Positions 41,517 through 53,623 of a stretch of DNA of 64,000 bases are shown one piece after another. Position numbers and translations under genes: made by a program. Every line of letters begins with the position of its first letter. The first letter of the stretch is position 1. Below the pieces are notes generated by a model, which was given only the letters and a program-made list of their open reading frames with translations, made no database searches and was not told the origin of the DNA. Source of the stretch: Gammaproteobacteria bacterium (lineage in GTDB: Bacteria; Pseudomonadota; Gammaproteobacteria; Ga0077536); NCBI GenBank assembly GCA_963662545.2, contig CAXXLL010000003.1, positions 2,272,001 through 2,336,000 on the forward strand. The letters run 5' to 3'.

Positions 41517-43521
41517 TGTAAATAGGCATCGAAAACTGACCCACTATCGGCGTCGAATATTGACCCACCCAGAAAGGGGTTATTGCATTAATCTCTGTGT
41601 TTGATTCTCCAACTGTCATTGCCTGTTTCGATGATGTCGCAGTGATGCGTGACACGATCAAGAAGCGCTGTGGTCATCATTCTTTTCGCCGAATACGGTT
41701 GGCCATTCGCCGAACGCCAGGTTGGTGGTGATGATGACGGAAGTGCGCTGATACAGATGCGAGAGCAAATGGAAAACGAGCTGTCCGCCATTCTTTGAGA
41801 ACGGCAGATAACCGAGTTCATCGAGCACCACAAGTTCCGTGTATTTAGCCAATCGATCGGCAAGACGGCCACCTTTGCCGTTCAGTTTTTCCTGCTCAAG
41901 CTGGTTGGCAAGATCAACGAGATTGAAGAACTTGGCTCGATAGCCGGAGCGCACAGCTTGCGAGGCGATGGCGGTTGCCAAATGGGTTTTGCCGGTGCCA
42001 GTGCCGCCGACAAAGACAATGTTGCGGTGCTCCTCGATAAAGTCACCAGCATAGAGGTCCTTGATCTGAGTCTCTTCGATGGCGAGTTTGTCGAACTCGA
42101 AGCTGTCCAGATCTTTGGGCACCGGGAATCGCGCCTGGGTCATGCGGTAACGGATCGAACGTGCCTGGCGCTCACTGACCTCGATCTCGAAGAGTTGTTC
42201 GATAACGGTCTCGGTCGTTTGCTTGCGCTTGCGGGCAGTGGCGAGTACTTCATCATAGGCTTTCGGGATCGCCACGAACTTCAGGGACTTCATCAGCCCC
42301 ATAACATAATCACGCAACATGGACCACCTCCTTCCTGAAGCGGTCATAACGAGCGCAGTCTGCGACCGGCGGTTCGCTGAGTTCCAGATGAGCCGGGATG
42401 GTGACAATCTCGGGACTCGGTTCCTCATGTTGCCGGGCCAGCAGGTTGATGATGACGTCGCGGCTCACCGAGCCGTTGCCGAGGGCCTCGTTGCAGGCAT
42501 CGGCGACGGCATCCAGACCATAGCCTGGCACGCAGGCGAGGATATCGACCAGTTGGCGATCCCAGTCGGGATAATGCTTCAACCGCTGCCAGGTACGATG
42601 AATGGATCGGGGCAGATCCCAGTCCTTGAACGGCGCGCCATTGCGTAACGCACCCGGCTTCTTCTGCAGCACTGGCAGGTAATGCCAGGGGTTGAAAATC
42701 ATCTGATCGCGCTGGAAGCAGCGTGAGTGCTGGGCTACACACTCGCCATCGTGCAACACCACGATTTTATCGGCATAACTTCTGGGTTCTGCGGTCCGGC
42801 CCGCGGCTTTGCAGTCAACGCTGTATCGATTACGGTCGAAGTTCACCAGCGAGGTAGAACTGACACGCACGGTACGCTCGGCATAACCGTCAAAGGCGCG
42901 TGGCAATGTCAGTAACGACGGCCGTTCCGACTCAAACACTGACCATACTGTCTGATCCTTGAGCACCGGGTGACGCTGCTTCTTTGCCCATTGCAGGCAC
43001 TCGGCCTGCAATGCGTGGTTGAGCTCATCGAGGTTCCTGGCCTTGCGGGTGGGCGTGAACAGTCGACGCCGGACCGTGCGTACCTGGTTCTCCACCTGAC
43101 CCTTCTCCCAGCCTGCAGCCGGCGTGCAGGCGACCGGCTCAAAAAGATAATGGCTGGCCAGTTCCTCAAAGCGGCGGTTGAAGTCGCGTTCCTTGCCACG
43201 CAAGATACGGCACACCGCTGTCTTCATGTTGTCGTAAATGCCGCGCCGGGCGACACCGCCGAAAAACTCGAAGGCTCTGCGATGGGCATCGAACACCATC
43301 TCCTGTGACTCGCGAAGATAAGCAACCGTCAGAAAGAATCGGCTGTGACAAAGGCGGATGTGAGCAATCTTTACTTCAGTCATGGCGCCGGCAATGACGA
43401 TCTTCTCGTGGCTCCAGTCAAACTGAAACGCCTCGCCAGGTTCAAACACCAGCGGGATGTAAGCATCTGTAGGCGTTCCCTGATGCTCTTCTCGCCAGTT
43501 CTTCACAAAACGGCGCACACT
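41517..43521 (-). mobile_element. IS21-family element type B, 5'-truncated (partial istA 42310-43521; istB 41588-42320 frameshifted near 41680)
   Basis: tgtaaat end with repeated tgacccac; FQFDW, YDNMKT, EKGQVE; GGTGTGKT; cut by the type C element. Confidence 0.9.
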
Positions 43522-43620
43522 TGCGTATTCCGGCGAAGCCGATCACTGATTCCATTTGATGCCGATCACCTGTTCCGGTCATGCCGATCGCTCATCGGAG
43601 CGTAGCGACGCAGGTGTAGT

Positions 43621-44379
43621 TTATTGTGCCGAGTGATCGGGCTGAGTCAAGTTCGCTTGTTTTTTCCGCATGGATTCTCCTTTTAAATTGATCGTGTAGG
43701 CGTTGTGCACGAGCCGGTCGAGGATGGCATCGGCGAGCGTGGGATCGCCGATGACCTCGTGCCATTGTTTGACGGGTAATTGCGATGTCACGATGGTCGA
43801 GTGCAACGCGTGCCGGTCGTCGAGGATGTCGAGCAGGTCCCGCCGTTGTTCAGCATTGAGTATCGCGAGTCCCCAGTCATCGAGGATGACGAGGTCAGTC
43901 TTGGCAAGCTGCGCGAGGAGCTTGTGCTAGGTGCCGTCGCCGCGTGCGAGGGTGATGTTGGTGAGCAATCGCGGGACACGGAGATAGCGTGCCGAGAAGC
44001 CGTTACGACAAGCGCTATGAGCAATGGCGCAGGCGAGATAGGTTTTGCCGACGCCGGTGGGTCCGGTGATGAGGACGTTGAGATGGTCGTTGATGAAGCG
44101 GCAGCGGGCAAGTTCATTGAGGGTGGATTTATCGAGGCCGCGGGGTGCGCGATGATCGATGTCCTCCACGGTGGCGTTGAGCTTGAGCTGGGCGCGGCGG
44201 AGTCGATAGGTGAGTTGCCGGTTCGAGCGTACAGCGTGCTCACGTTCGACGAGGAAGGCGAGCCGGTCGTCGAAGGATAAGTCGTTGAGGTCGGTGCGTT
44301 GCAGCTGCTCTTCGAAGGCCTGGGCCATGCCGGTGAGCTTCATGCTTTGCAGTTGGTCGAGGGTCGGATGATTCAGCAT
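43621..44379 (-). pseudogene. istB: IstB with premature TAG at 43927
   Basis: GPTGVGKT; LDDWG and DAILDRLVH continue in frame after the stop. Confidence 0.9.
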
Positions 44380-44391
44380 CGATGTTTCTCC

Positions 44392-45933
44392 TTAATGATA
44401 GTAGCCGGGTCCACGGAGATTGCCGTGGTCGGCGGGCAGCGTGGATTCCGTCGGTGGATTCAGGGGTTGCTGGTCGAGTCCTTTTTTGAGGATGGACTCG
44501 ATACTTTTGTAACGATGGGTGCCGAGGATGAGCGCGCGGGCACAGGCCGCATTCAGTCGTTTATCGCCGTAGCTTTTGGCCAGCCGCAAGATCCCGAGGC
44601 AGGCACGGTAACCCTGCTCCGGGTGGGGTCGTTCAGCTAAGACTTGGGTGATGAGGGCGGCGGTCTCGGGGCCTATCTTCGCGGCCCAACGCTGTAATCG
44701 CTCGGGTGAGAACTGGGCCAAGTGCCGATGCTGCTCGGGCATATGCGCGGTGATGGTGGTATGCCGCCCGGGTTGATTGACACGGCGATGACAGGCCACG
44801 CGTTGGCCCTGATGGAAGCACTCGATGGTGGATGCCGTCACACGAACATCGAGTTGTCGTTTCACGAGATGATGCGGCACGGAGTAGTAATGGCGCTCGA
44901 CCTCGATGTGATAGTCGATATGCACGCGTGCCTGCTTCCACTCGGCGTATTCATAGGGGGTACTCGGTAGCGGTTTCAGCGCGGGTCGGTCGATGGCCTC
45001 GAACTGGCTCTGGCGAGAACCGGGTAGTTTCTTGAAGGGTCGAAGGTTGAGCCGGATGAGCAGTTCAGCGATGGCGGCATTGAACTCGGCCAGCGAGAAG
45101 AACTGCCGATGACGCAGCGCCGCGAGGAGAGTGCGTTCGACGATCTGGACACCGACTTCGACTTTGGCTTTATCGCGTGGTTTGCGCGCCCGGGTTGGCA
45201 CGACAGCGACGCCATAATGGGTGGCCATGTCCTGGTAGGTGGGATTCAAGTCGGGCTCGTAGCGATGCGCGAGCGTGACACCGCTTTTGAGGTTATCCGG
45301 CACCACGATGTTGGGCACACCGCCAAAGAAGCTGAATGCGCGGGTGTGGGCGCCGATCCAATCCGGCCGACTTTGCGTCCACGTCGCCTCCGCATACGTA
45401 TAGTTCGAGGCGCCCAGCACGGCGACAAAGATCTCGGCCTGGCGCACCTCACCGGTCATGCGGTCAATCACCGGCATCGTCTGCCCGGCATCGTCGACGA
45501 ACAGTTTGTCGCCGGCCAGATGCGTCTGGCGCATCACGACATCGAGATGGTCTCGCCAGGCACGATAACGCTCGCAGAAGGCGGAATACATGAGGCCGTC
45601 GGGATGGGCGGCCTTGTACTCCATCCACAGCAGCATCAGGGTCACGCTTTTGCGCCGCAGTTCGCGATGAATATCGGCGAAGTCCGGCAACGGTCGTGGG
45701 CCACTGGGCGGGTTGGCGCTTGAGCCGTACAGCGCCTGCTCCAGGGCGGTGTCGCTCATGCTCTCGGGCAACGGCCAAGCGATGTTCGCGGCACGCGCCC
45801 GACTCAGGCAATCACTGACCGTCGAGGCCGACGCCTTGATGGCGCGGGCTATCGCCCGGTTACTGAGTGCGGCGGCATGATGCAGCCGCACAATATCGCG
45901 TATTTTGCGCATGGATAACCTCGTCGTGGCCAT
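44392..45933 (-). CDS. istA: IS21 transposase IstA
   Basis: N-terminal HTH; FVD, VPDNLKSGV, DKAKVE and YYSVP motifs. Confidence 0.95.
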   Translation of the reverse strand: MATTRLSMRKIRDIVRLHHAAALSNRAIARAIKASASTVSDCLSRARAANIAWPLPESMSDTALEQALYGSSANPPSGPRPLPDFADIHRELRRKSVTLMLLWMEYKAAHPDGLMYSAFCERYRAWRDHLDVVMRQTHLAGDKLFVDDAGQTMPVIDRMTGEVRQAEIFVAVLGASNYTYAEATWTQSRPDWIGAHTRAFSFFGGVPNIVVPDNLKSGVTLAHRYEPDLNPTYQDMATHYGVAVVPTRARKPRDKAKVEVGVQIVERTLLAALRHRQFFSLAEFNAAIAELLIRLNLRPFKKLPGSRQSQFEAIDRPALKPLPSTPYEYAEWKQARVHIDYHIEVERHYYSVPHHLVKRQLDVRVTASTIECFHQGQRVACHRRVNQPGRHTTITAHMPEQHRHLAQFSPERLQRWAAKIGPETAALITQVLAERPHPEQGYRACLGILRLAKSYGDKRLNAACARALILGTHRYKSIESILKKGLDQQPLNPPTESTLPADHGNLRGPGYYH

Positions 45934-46544
45934 GGAATTCCCCCGGACGGCAAAACGTCCAGGGTGCCATGGGCCAGTTGTTATCCTGCGGTCGTCAACG
46001 CTCCTTCAGTGCTCGAAACCGATCCCGGCAATCGCCCGAAAGTGATCGCGATGAGCCGGAATCGATGATCGGCATGCGCTGGAATCAGTGATCGGCATCA
46101 GCTGGAATGGGTGATCGGCTTGCGCCGGAATCGGTGATCGGCATGGGCTGGAATACGCACCTGGACCAAACAATGCGGTCAGGACAGGTTGGGGATGGTG
46201 GGCGGCGGTTACGCTACCCTGACTTGGTTCGATAACTGCCTGCTTCAGAGTTCCCACAAGCTGCTGAAACAGAACCTGATCGGCTATCGATATGGTATTC
46301 AAGAAGAGTGCGCTGCATCTAATAGGCTGGTGGGTATGAAGGACGAACTACACGAAATACGTCAATAGGTGCGAAAAAAACTCCAGGGCGGTGACGAACC
46401 TCCCTGGGCATGGTACCAATACATGAACTCGTCGAGACGCTGGATGTCATCCTGGATGGCTATGGAGGCGAATACTACGCTGGAAGATTCGCTTCAATCG
46501 GAGTCACGTCAAGATAGCGCACTCCGATTATGGGACCGAGCGAA

Positions 46545-46936
46545 CCAGCCATGCAGTCCTTGCCTGGACGCAGGACACCGGTGTTCAATGGCATTACATC
46601 GCACCGGGCAAGCCGACCCAAAACGCCTTTTGCGAAGCGTTTGAAGCGTTTAATGGTCGGTTTCGCGACGAATGTCTGAATGAGAACCTGTTTCGTCATC
46701 TCGCCCATGCCCGATAGGTCATCGCCCTATGGGTTCACGATTATAATGACGTGCGTCCGCACTCCGCACTCGGATATCTCACACCCGCTGCCTACGCGGC
46801 GGCGTTGCAATCCAAACGGGATGACGCGCTCAAATGCCTTGACGGCTCCGCAAATCACCCAGTTGATCAACCCGCACAAATGCGCAAAATGCAACCGCCA
46901 ACGCTAGATCACATTGGATGATCGTTGGGCGTCACA
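46545..46936 (+). mobile_element. IS3-family transposase 3' remnant with right end
   Basis: [26 protein letters not shown]...YN..RPHSALGYLTP with an internal stop; ends ...gcgtcaca. Confidence 0.85.
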
Positions 46937-46940
46937 GCAG

Positions 46941-49556
46941 GTGTTCTCTACCGTGAAAAATCGCAAAGAATATAGATGGCTAACATTATATGGAATGGTG
47001 GGCATGTTGACATCAGTAACCGGGGTTGCTCAAGAGAATATCCTGGAGGAAGTTGTCACCACCGGTACACGCTCCAAAGCGAGAGTCGTTCAGGACTCAC
47101 CTGCTCCGATTGACGTAATCGCTGGTGATGATTTCGTCAATCAAGGTGACAGCGATCTGGGGAATCTGCTGCGTAATATCGTTCCTTCCCTTAATATCAA
47201 CACCCAACCTATCAGCGATGCCGGCACCATTGTCCGACCCTCAAACCTCCGGGGGCTAGCGCCAGACCATACCTTGGTCCTAGTCAACGGCAAGCGCCGC
47301 CACCGCGCGAGTATTATTACTTGGGTAGGAAACGGTATCGCAAACGGATCGCAGGGTCCTGATCTTGCGTCCATACCGGCCATCGCCCTGAAACGGGTTG
47401 AAGTGCTGCGTGATGGTGCCTCGGCCCAGTACGGCAGTGACGCCATCGCCGGCGTGATCAACTTCATCTTGAAAGACTATGATGAGGGCGCCACATTTGA
47501 GGCACGTTACGGCCAGACGACCGAAAATGATGGGGACATGTTTCGCGTCTCCGGCAATATCGGCCTGCCTTTCACCGCCTCGGGCTTCGCCAACCTGAGT
47601 TTCGAATACGGTGAGACGGACCCCACCGTCCGCAGCATTCAGAGAAATGATGCACAGGCCCTGATCGACGAAAGCAATACCCTTACTACGGGGATGGGGG
47701 CACTGGACAGCTATTTGGGTGAACGTGGCGCGGCCGTGCCCGCGCCTGCGATGATCTGGGGTTCACCGGTCATTGATGAGGATCTCAAACTTTGGGGCAA
47801 CCTGGGGGTGGAGCTCGGCAACCACAATAACTTCTATACCCACGCCAACTACTTGTCGAAAGAAGTGGATGGTGGTTTCTACTACCGCCACCCCAATACC
47901 CGTGGCGGGGTGTTCGGAACCGGCGGTGGCACCCAGCTGCTGATCGGCGACCTGACGCCTGACGGGTCAGCAGGGTGTCCTGCTGTGGGAGTTGCCGACG
48001 ATGGTACCGTCCTCGCGGATGATCGTGATGCATGGAACCAGGTACTCGAAAACGACAACTGTTTCACTCTGCAGAAACTGTTACCCGGCGGCTTTACCCC
48101 GCGTTTTGGCGGAAAGCTGACCGATGTTTCCCTGGTTAGCGGTGTGGAAGGCGAAGCCGACAGTAAGCTTGGCGCGTTTAGTTGGGATTTCAGTGCGAGT
48201 TACGGTCAGAATGAGGTGGACTTCTTCATCTACAACACGGTGAATGCCTCCCTGGGACCGGACACGCCACTCTCTTTTGACCCCGGCGCCTACATACAGA
48301 CAGAGGTGAATTTCAATGTTGATCTGGGCTACGCGCCTACGGATGCCATCAGTATCGCAATTGGTTACGAATGGCGCGAGGAAGAGTTTGAAATTCGCAT
48401 CGGCGAGCAGGCATCGTGGGAGGATGGGCCCTTGGCGGACCAAGGCTTCACGCCAGCATCCAACGGTTTCTCAGGCTTTGGCCCCCGTACCGCCGGCGTT
48501 TTCTCCCGCTATAACGATGCGTTCTATTTTGATACCGAATGGGAACTGACTGACAACGCGCTGCTGACCGGGGCGGTACGCCACGAGGAATTCGAAGACT
48601 TTGGCGGTACCACCAACTGGAAGGTAGGCGGCAACTTGCGTCTATTCAAGCAACTCGGTTTCAGGGCCACCGCCAGTACTGGGTTCAAGGCACCGACACC
48701 GGGTCAGTCCAATGCTTTCAATATCTCCACCGTATTTAATCAAAGCCTAGGAGATCTGGTCAACGAGGGAACCATTCCCTCCACCCATCCACTTGCCGTG
48801 GCGTATGGCGGCCAGGAGTTGAGTCCCGAGGAGTCGCTGAACCTGACCGCTGGTACTTTTTTCAACATCTTCGATTTGGATGTGTCAGTTGACTATTACA
48901 ACATCAAGGTCAAGGATCGCTTGAACCTGTCTACAGAGCGGAACGTATGTCCCGGTGATCGGCCGGCGGTTCCTGATCCCAGCTGTACTGCCTATTTCAG
49001 CGATCTTCAAGGCGATCTCCTGGCTGAGGCGAAAACCCTACAATCATTCAAGTTTTTCATCAATGATTTTAATACGAGAACCCAGGGTGTAGATATCGTG
49101 GCCACTTACCCCATTGCTTGGGCTAGTGGCAAGACCGATCTCAACTTCGCCTTCAATCATACGGAAACCAAGGTCATCAAAAGAAATCCGGAGACGGTGG
49201 GTGAGGAACGGGTCAAGCAAATTGAGGAGGGGATACCTGAAACACGCTGGAATCTTTCCGCTAACCACGGTATGGATGAATGGCGTTTCCTGGGGCGGGT
49301 CAGCTACTACGGCGGCTGGTATGACTCAGAAGACGGTAATACCTACGGCGGTGAGTACCTGTTTGATCTGGAGGCAGCATACACGCTCGACGGGCGAATG
49401 ACCTTTACTGCGGGTGTGCAGAACGTCTTTAACGAGAAAGGGGATAAGAATCCAAAGGCGCGAGATCAGACCGGTAATCTCTACAGCCAGTATTCACCGT
49501 TCGGGTTTGACGGCACCTTCTATTACCTCAGGATTGGTTACCAGTTTGACTATTAA
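46941..49556 (+). CDS. TonB-dependent outer-membrane receptor
   Basis: TonB box EEVVTTGTR; plug motifs LRGLAPDHTLVLVNGKR and RVEVLRDGASAQYGSDAIAGVINF; C-terminal YQFDY; start uncertain. Confidence 0.95.
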   Translation: MFSTVKNRKEYRWLTLYGMVGMLTSVTGVAQENILEEVVTTGTRSKARVVQDSPAPIDVIAGDDFVNQGDSDLGNLLRNIVPSLNINTQPISDAGTIVRPSNLRGLAPDHTLVLVNGKRRHRASIITWVGNGIANGSQGPDLASIPAIALKRVEVLRDGASAQYGSDAIAGVINFILKDYDEGATFEARYGQTTENDGDMFRVSGNIGLPFTASGFANLSFEYGETDPTVRSIQRNDAQALIDESNTLTTGMGALDSYLGERGAAVPAPAMIWGSPVIDEDLKLWGNLGVELGNHNNFYTHANYLSKEVDGGFYYRHPNTRGGVFGTGGGTQLLIGDLTPDGSAGCPAVGVADDGTVLADDRDAWNQVLENDNCFTLQKLLPGGFTPRFGGKLTDVSLVSGVEGEADSKLGAFSWDFSASYGQNEVDFFIYNTVNASLGPDTPLSFDPGAYIQTEVNFNVDLGYAPTDAISIAIGYEWREEEFEIRIGEQASWEDGPLADQGFTPASNGFSGFGPRTAGVFSRYNDAFYFDTEWELTDNALLTGAVRHEEFEDFGGTTNWKVGGNLRLFKQLGFRATASTGFKAPTPGQSNAFNISTVFNQSLGDLVNEGTIPSTHPLAVAYGGQELSPEESLNLTAGTFFNIFDLDVSVDYYNIKVKDRLNLSTERNVCPGDRPAVPDPSCTAYFSDLQGDLLAEAKTLQSFKFFINDFNTRTQGVDIVATYPIAWASGKTDLNFAFNHTETKVIKRNPETVGEERVKQIEEGIPETRWNLSANHGMDEWRFLGRVSYYGGWYDSEDGNTYGGEYLFDLEAAYTLDGRMTFTAGVQNVFNEKGDKNPKARDQTGNLYSQYSPFGFDGTFYYLRIGYQFDY

Positions 49557-49578
49557 TCCGAGCTGTCGGATACCAGAC

Positions 49579-49760
49579 TGAGGTGGCCTCGGTATGTCGG
49601 ACAGCTTGGCGGCTTGCTCAAGGTGTATTCCGGTTGTCATTCATGCCGCCAGAAACCCTTTGAATCGATCGTCCTGTCGCTGATGTTGCGCCTGGGGATG
49701 TGGGCAAGGCGCGTAGCGGCTTGTCCATCCTCTCCACAGGCGGCTCGCCGCGGTAGGCCT
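49579..49760 (-). mobile_element. Probable IS3-family right-end remnant
   Basis: Minus strand ends ...ctgtccgacataccgaggccacctca after an ORF tail ...GFLAA*. Confidence 0.5.
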
Positions 49761-50035
49761 CGGCCGGGGTGCTCTTGCTCTTGACCGTACCCCTCGACCA
49801 GAGCCACGTTTGATGTGGGAGATTGAGCCTATCAGGCAGCTTCCTGGTGATCTAGCCCTAGATTTCTGGTCCAGATCTAAAGTGGTAAAAAGCCATAGAG
49901 GAGATCTGAACCCTGGAGTTGACCCGCTTTCGTGGATACCTGACCCTTTTAGAAGGAAGATTGTTGAGTTGCATCGAAAAGTGATCCGGTAATTGCACCG
50001 AAAATTGATCCACCCGGAAGAGCCAGTATGGCTCA

Positions 50036-50809
50036 TTATTTTGATGATTTTCTAGTCTTCTTTTCCTTTTTGTTTTGCATCGAACTGTTCTTGAAGCGGA
50101 AGCTATCATTTCCGGTCTCAGCGATGTGGCAATGATGCGTGAACCGGTCCAACAGCGCTGTTGTCATTTTTGGATCAACGAACACGCTGGACCACTCCGA
50201 GAAACTCAGATTAGTGGTAATGATGACGCTGGTGCGTTCATAGAGCTTGCTGAGTAAATGGAAGAGCAACGCACCGCCGGCTTGCGAGAATGGCAGATAT
50301 CCGAGTTCGTCAAGAATGACGAGGTCCGTATGAACTAAACGCTTGGCCATTTTCCCAGGTTTTCTCTCTGCCTTTTCTTGTTCAAGCAGATTGACGAGTT
50401 CAATGGTAGAGAAGCAGCGAACCCGTAAATGATGATGCCTGATGGCATGGACGCCGATCGCGGTTGCCAAATGGGTTTTGCCGGTACCGGGTCCACCGAT
50501 GAGGACGAGGTTATGTGCATCGTCGATGAAGTCGCCGGCATGGAGCGTGCTGATCAAAGCCTGGTCAACGGTACTCTCGGTGAAGTCGAAACCGGCTAAA
50601 TCGCGGTAAGCAGGGAAGCGAGCAACCTTCATTTGATAGTTGATCGACCGCACTTCGCGCTCGGCGACTTCGGCTTTAAGCAGTGACGCTAGAAGGGGCT
50701 CGGCTTGGCGGTAGGCCGGCGCCTGTTGTAGGGCGAGTTCACCGATAGCGTCAGCCATGCCGTGGAGTTTCAGCGACTTCAAGGTCGTTACCAGTGCGTC
50801 AGTCTGCAT
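50036..50809 (-). CDS. istB: IS21 helper ATPase IstB
   Basis: Same translation as 36433-37206; Walker A and B present. Confidence 0.93.
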   Translation of the reverse strand: MQTDALVTTLKSLKLHGMADAIGELALQQAPAYRQAEPLLASLLKAEVAEREVRSINYQMKVARFPAYRDLAGFDFTESTVDQALISTLHAGDFIDDAHNLVLIGGPGTGKTHLATAIGVHAIRHHHLRVRCFSTIELVNLLEQEKAERKPGKMAKRLVHTDLVILDELGYLPFSQAGGALLFHLLSKLYERTSVIITTNLSFSEWSSVFVDPKMTTALLDRFTHHCHIAETGNDSFRFKNSSMQNKKEKKTRKSSK

Positions 50810-52322
50810 GGGTAACCTCCCGTAAATGATCGTAGCGATCAACATTGGCTTGGGGCTCTTCAATCAAGCTCAGTCCGGCCGGTGCGTCGATGCGCGCTGG
50901 TGCGGTTGTTTCGAGCAACCGATTGAGGATATTGATAACGTGTTGCTTCGAAGGCGCGCCAGTTTCAAGCGCGAGTTCGACGGCACACAGCACCGTCTGC
51001 TCGTCGTGGTGCAAGACCAACGCCAAAACCTCGACCATCTCGCGATCGCCACCAGGGCGCTTGAGTCGTGTTGATTGGAGACGTTTGAACCCGTCAGGGA
51101 GCTCGGCAAAGGGAGCCCCATTACGCAACGCGCCCGGCTTGCGTTGCACCACGGCCAAATAATGACGCCCGTCGTATAAGACTTGCGCGGTGCGGTCATG
51201 ACCCTGCGAGAACAGCCTGGGATGTTCGACGACTTTGCTACCTTCAGCGACAATCACGAGTCGATTCGCATAAACGCGTAGACTCACGGCGTGGTTCGCG
51301 AATGCAGCCGGCACACGGTAACGATTGCGCTCGAACGCGATCAAACAGGTTGGCGACACCCGTTTAGTGTGCTCGATGAATCCATCGAACGGCGGCGGCA
51401 TCCGCATCAGTGCTGTTTGCTCATCTACCCAGACCTCGGCGATGGTCCGCATCGGTTGCTCGGGGTGACGAACCTCATGCCACAGCATCTGACAACGAGC
51501 GGCCAACCAGGTATTAAGTTCGTCCAGGTCAACAAACTTCGGTGCATCGTGCCAGAACCGTGACCGCGAGTCCCTCACGTTCTTCTCGATCTGGCCCTTC
51601 TCCCAGCCGGCGGCGGGGCTGCAAAATGTCGCCTCGAGTAAGAAGTGGCTGGCCATCGCCTGGAAACGCGCGTTGACCTCGCGGATCTTACCCCGACCAA
51701 CCCGGTTCACGGCCGTCTTCATGTTGTCGTAAATACCCCGCTGAGGCACACCGCCCAGCACGGCCAACGCGTGGTTGTGCGCATCGAATAACATCTCGTG
51801 CGTTTGCAGCGGGTAAGCACGTAGGACGAATGCGCGGCTGTAGGAGAGTTTGAAATGCGCGATCATGAGCTTGCGGCGCTCGCCGCCGATCACTGCCCAG
51901 TCTTCGGACCAATCAAACTGAAAAGCCTCTCCCGGCTCGAACACCAACGGGACAAACGTCCCACGGGCCGCCTTTACCCCCTCTTGGCGCCGCGTCCGCC
52001 ACGCGCGCGCGAATGCTGCGACCCGGTCGTAGGAACCGCGATATCCCAGATGAACCAAGTCGCCGTAGAGTTGGCGTAAATTACGCCGTTGTTTGCGGCT
52101 ACGACCCGATTCTCGCGTCAGCCACGACGCCAGCGTTTCCGCATCGTCATCTATTTTGCTGGGGGTCGTGCGCTTGGGATACGCAGGCTCCACCTCGCCG
52201 CTCGCCAAATACTTAGCAATCGTGTTCCTGGATAACTTCGTTCGACGGGATATCTCTCGGATCGACTGGCCTTCCCGAAAATGCCAGCGTCTAATAACAC
52301 TCAATAAATCCACGTCCATCAC
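50799..52322 (-). CDS. istA: IS21 transposase IstA
   Basis: 507 aa; HTH plus DDE motifs FQFDW, YDNMKT, EKGQIE. Confidence 0.95.
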   Translation of the reverse strand: MMDVDLLSVIRRWHFREGQSIREISRRTKLSRNTIAKYLASGEVEPAYPKRTTPSKIDDDAETLASWLTRESGRSRKQRRNLRQLYGDLVHLGYRGSYDRVAAFARAWRTRRQEGVKAARGTFVPLVFEPGEAFQFDWSEDWAVIGGERRKLMIAHFKLSYSRAFVLRAYPLQTHEMLFDAHNHALAVLGGVPQRGIYDNMKTAVNRVGRGKIREVNARFQAMASHFLLEATFCSPAAGWEKGQIEKNVRDSRSRFWHDAPKFVDLDELNTWLAARCQMLWHEVRHPEQPMRTIAEVWVDEQTALMRMPPPFDGFIEHTKRVSPTCLIAFERNRYRVPAAFANHAVSLRVYANRLVIVAEGSKVVEHPRLFSQGHDRTAQVLYDGRHYLAVVQRKPGALRNGAPFAELPDGFKRLQSTRLKRPGGDREMVEVLALVLHHDEQTVLCAVELALETGAPSKQHVINILNRLLETTAPARIDAPAGLSLIEEPQANVDRYDHLREVTHAD

Positions 52323-52750
52323 TCCTTCTGTCTCCTGCTCGGTTCCGAGCAGGCAAGGGTCTATGAGTGGATCAAATTTGGATGCAAATACCTACCTTAA
52401 GTGGATCACTTTTAAGTGCAAATCAACAATCGTGGATCTGATAGCGGCGCAGTTGCGGCCGTTGGAGCATGCGCTAGAGCGCGATTTGAAACAGTTGAAG
52501 TAGACGCGCAGTTTTGCGTATTGCGCATTACGAAACAGCCGACGGTCGCGCCCCGTGTGGCATTGTGTAGAGGGTATAGTTATATCCAGAAAAAATATAT
52601 CGCGGCCCAATGCCCTTCGCATATGGTTCAAAATCGGCAATATTTCTAAACGTGCCGAAGGAAACGACACCCGTCTAAGAGTTCCCCGTTTACTCCTTGG
52701 CGTCAGGTGCCGAACGAACTGTCAGGCAAGGTAGGGAGTTTTATAGATAA

Positions 52751-53116
52751 TTAGAAGGGTGCTTTGCCCACCTCCCATGTGGGCAAATAGTCACTGGCCA
52801 CATAGCCCTGTGCGCACTCATTCCGCAAGTATCTGTAAGCTTCGGCCCGTTCTTCCGGTGGTAACCCCGTTACGGCCTTTTCTGTTTCCCATGCTTGCTT
52901 GTTGAAGTTCTCGCCCTCTAGCTCACTGTGAAGCTCAATTGCAGCGTCATCGATATTGGCAATATCTGCGCCCTGGTCTTCTGCCAGTTGATACATGCAA
53001 GGCATCCACACCCACGAAAAAAATTCCCCTCTGTAATCCGTGTCCGCAAGGCTTGGTGCGGTGAGCGGTATGGATAGAGCAAGCAGAACAATTGTCCTTT
53101 TGCCAAGATGCACCAT
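52751..53116 (-). CDS. Secreted hypothetical protein
   Basis: Signal peptide-like KRTIVLLALSIPLTAPSLA-D; two Cys. Confidence 0.55.
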   Translation of the reverse strand: MVHLGKRTIVLLALSIPLTAPSLADTDYRGEFFSWVWMPCMYQLAEDQGADIANIDDAAIELHSELEGENFNKQAWETEKAVTGLPPEERAEAYRYLRNECAQGYVASDYLPTWEVGKAPF

Positions 53117-53227
53117 CTTTTTGAGCAAACACCGCTTCACGGGGCTAACCAGTGGCTTTAGTAAGAACCTCGACAAGAGTGCCGCGATGGTAAACTTGTT
53201 GTTCCTCCACTTACAACTTCTGTCTTA

Positions 53228-53382
53228 TTCATAAGACGCTCGGCGTAACGCCAGCGATGGAGACCGGTATTACCGATACTCTGCGTGACATGGAATGGAT
53301 CGTCGGCCTGATTGATGCTCGTGCTTCAAAGCCTAACCGCCCCAAGATCTACAAAAAGCGCACCGTCGAAGCCGCCCGATGA
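53228..53382 (+). mobile_element. C-terminal remnant of an IS1-family-like transposase
   Basis: HKTLGVTPAM..GITD...MEWIV..ID......RPKIYKKR. Confidence 0.6.
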
Positions 53383-53623
53383 CGACTACCGGAAATTCAT
53401 GGTGGAGGGCAAAAGGTCAGAGAGACGGGGTCGGAAAAACCAGTGCTGCACGCTGGGCTGTCAAGCATATCGCTGAAGCGATTTGGATCCGATCCACGAA
53501 CACCCTATGGGCCCGCGGCGCATGCATGCTGCACTTGAGAGGCCGGACATACGACAGTACCTGACCGCATGTCACGAGTTGTTCAAATTTCTGCTTGCAT
53601 TGCAGGGGGCGTCCACATACGTG

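Larger units (their letters stand above)
43522..46159 (-). mobile_element. IS21-family element type C, copy 1
   Basis: tgcgtattcc...ggaatacgca ends with multiple ccgatca repeats. Confidence 0.95.
49962..52428 (-). mobile_element. IS21-family element type A, copy 2 (both ORFs open)
   Basis: tgttga...tcaaca ends; istA 50799-52322, istB 50036-50809. Confidence 0.95.

Noticed and set aside
46015-46159. Repeated gatcggc motifs (also 62892-63035 and 43522-43600)
   Set aside because: IS21 sub-terminal transposase-binding repeats, not CRISPR
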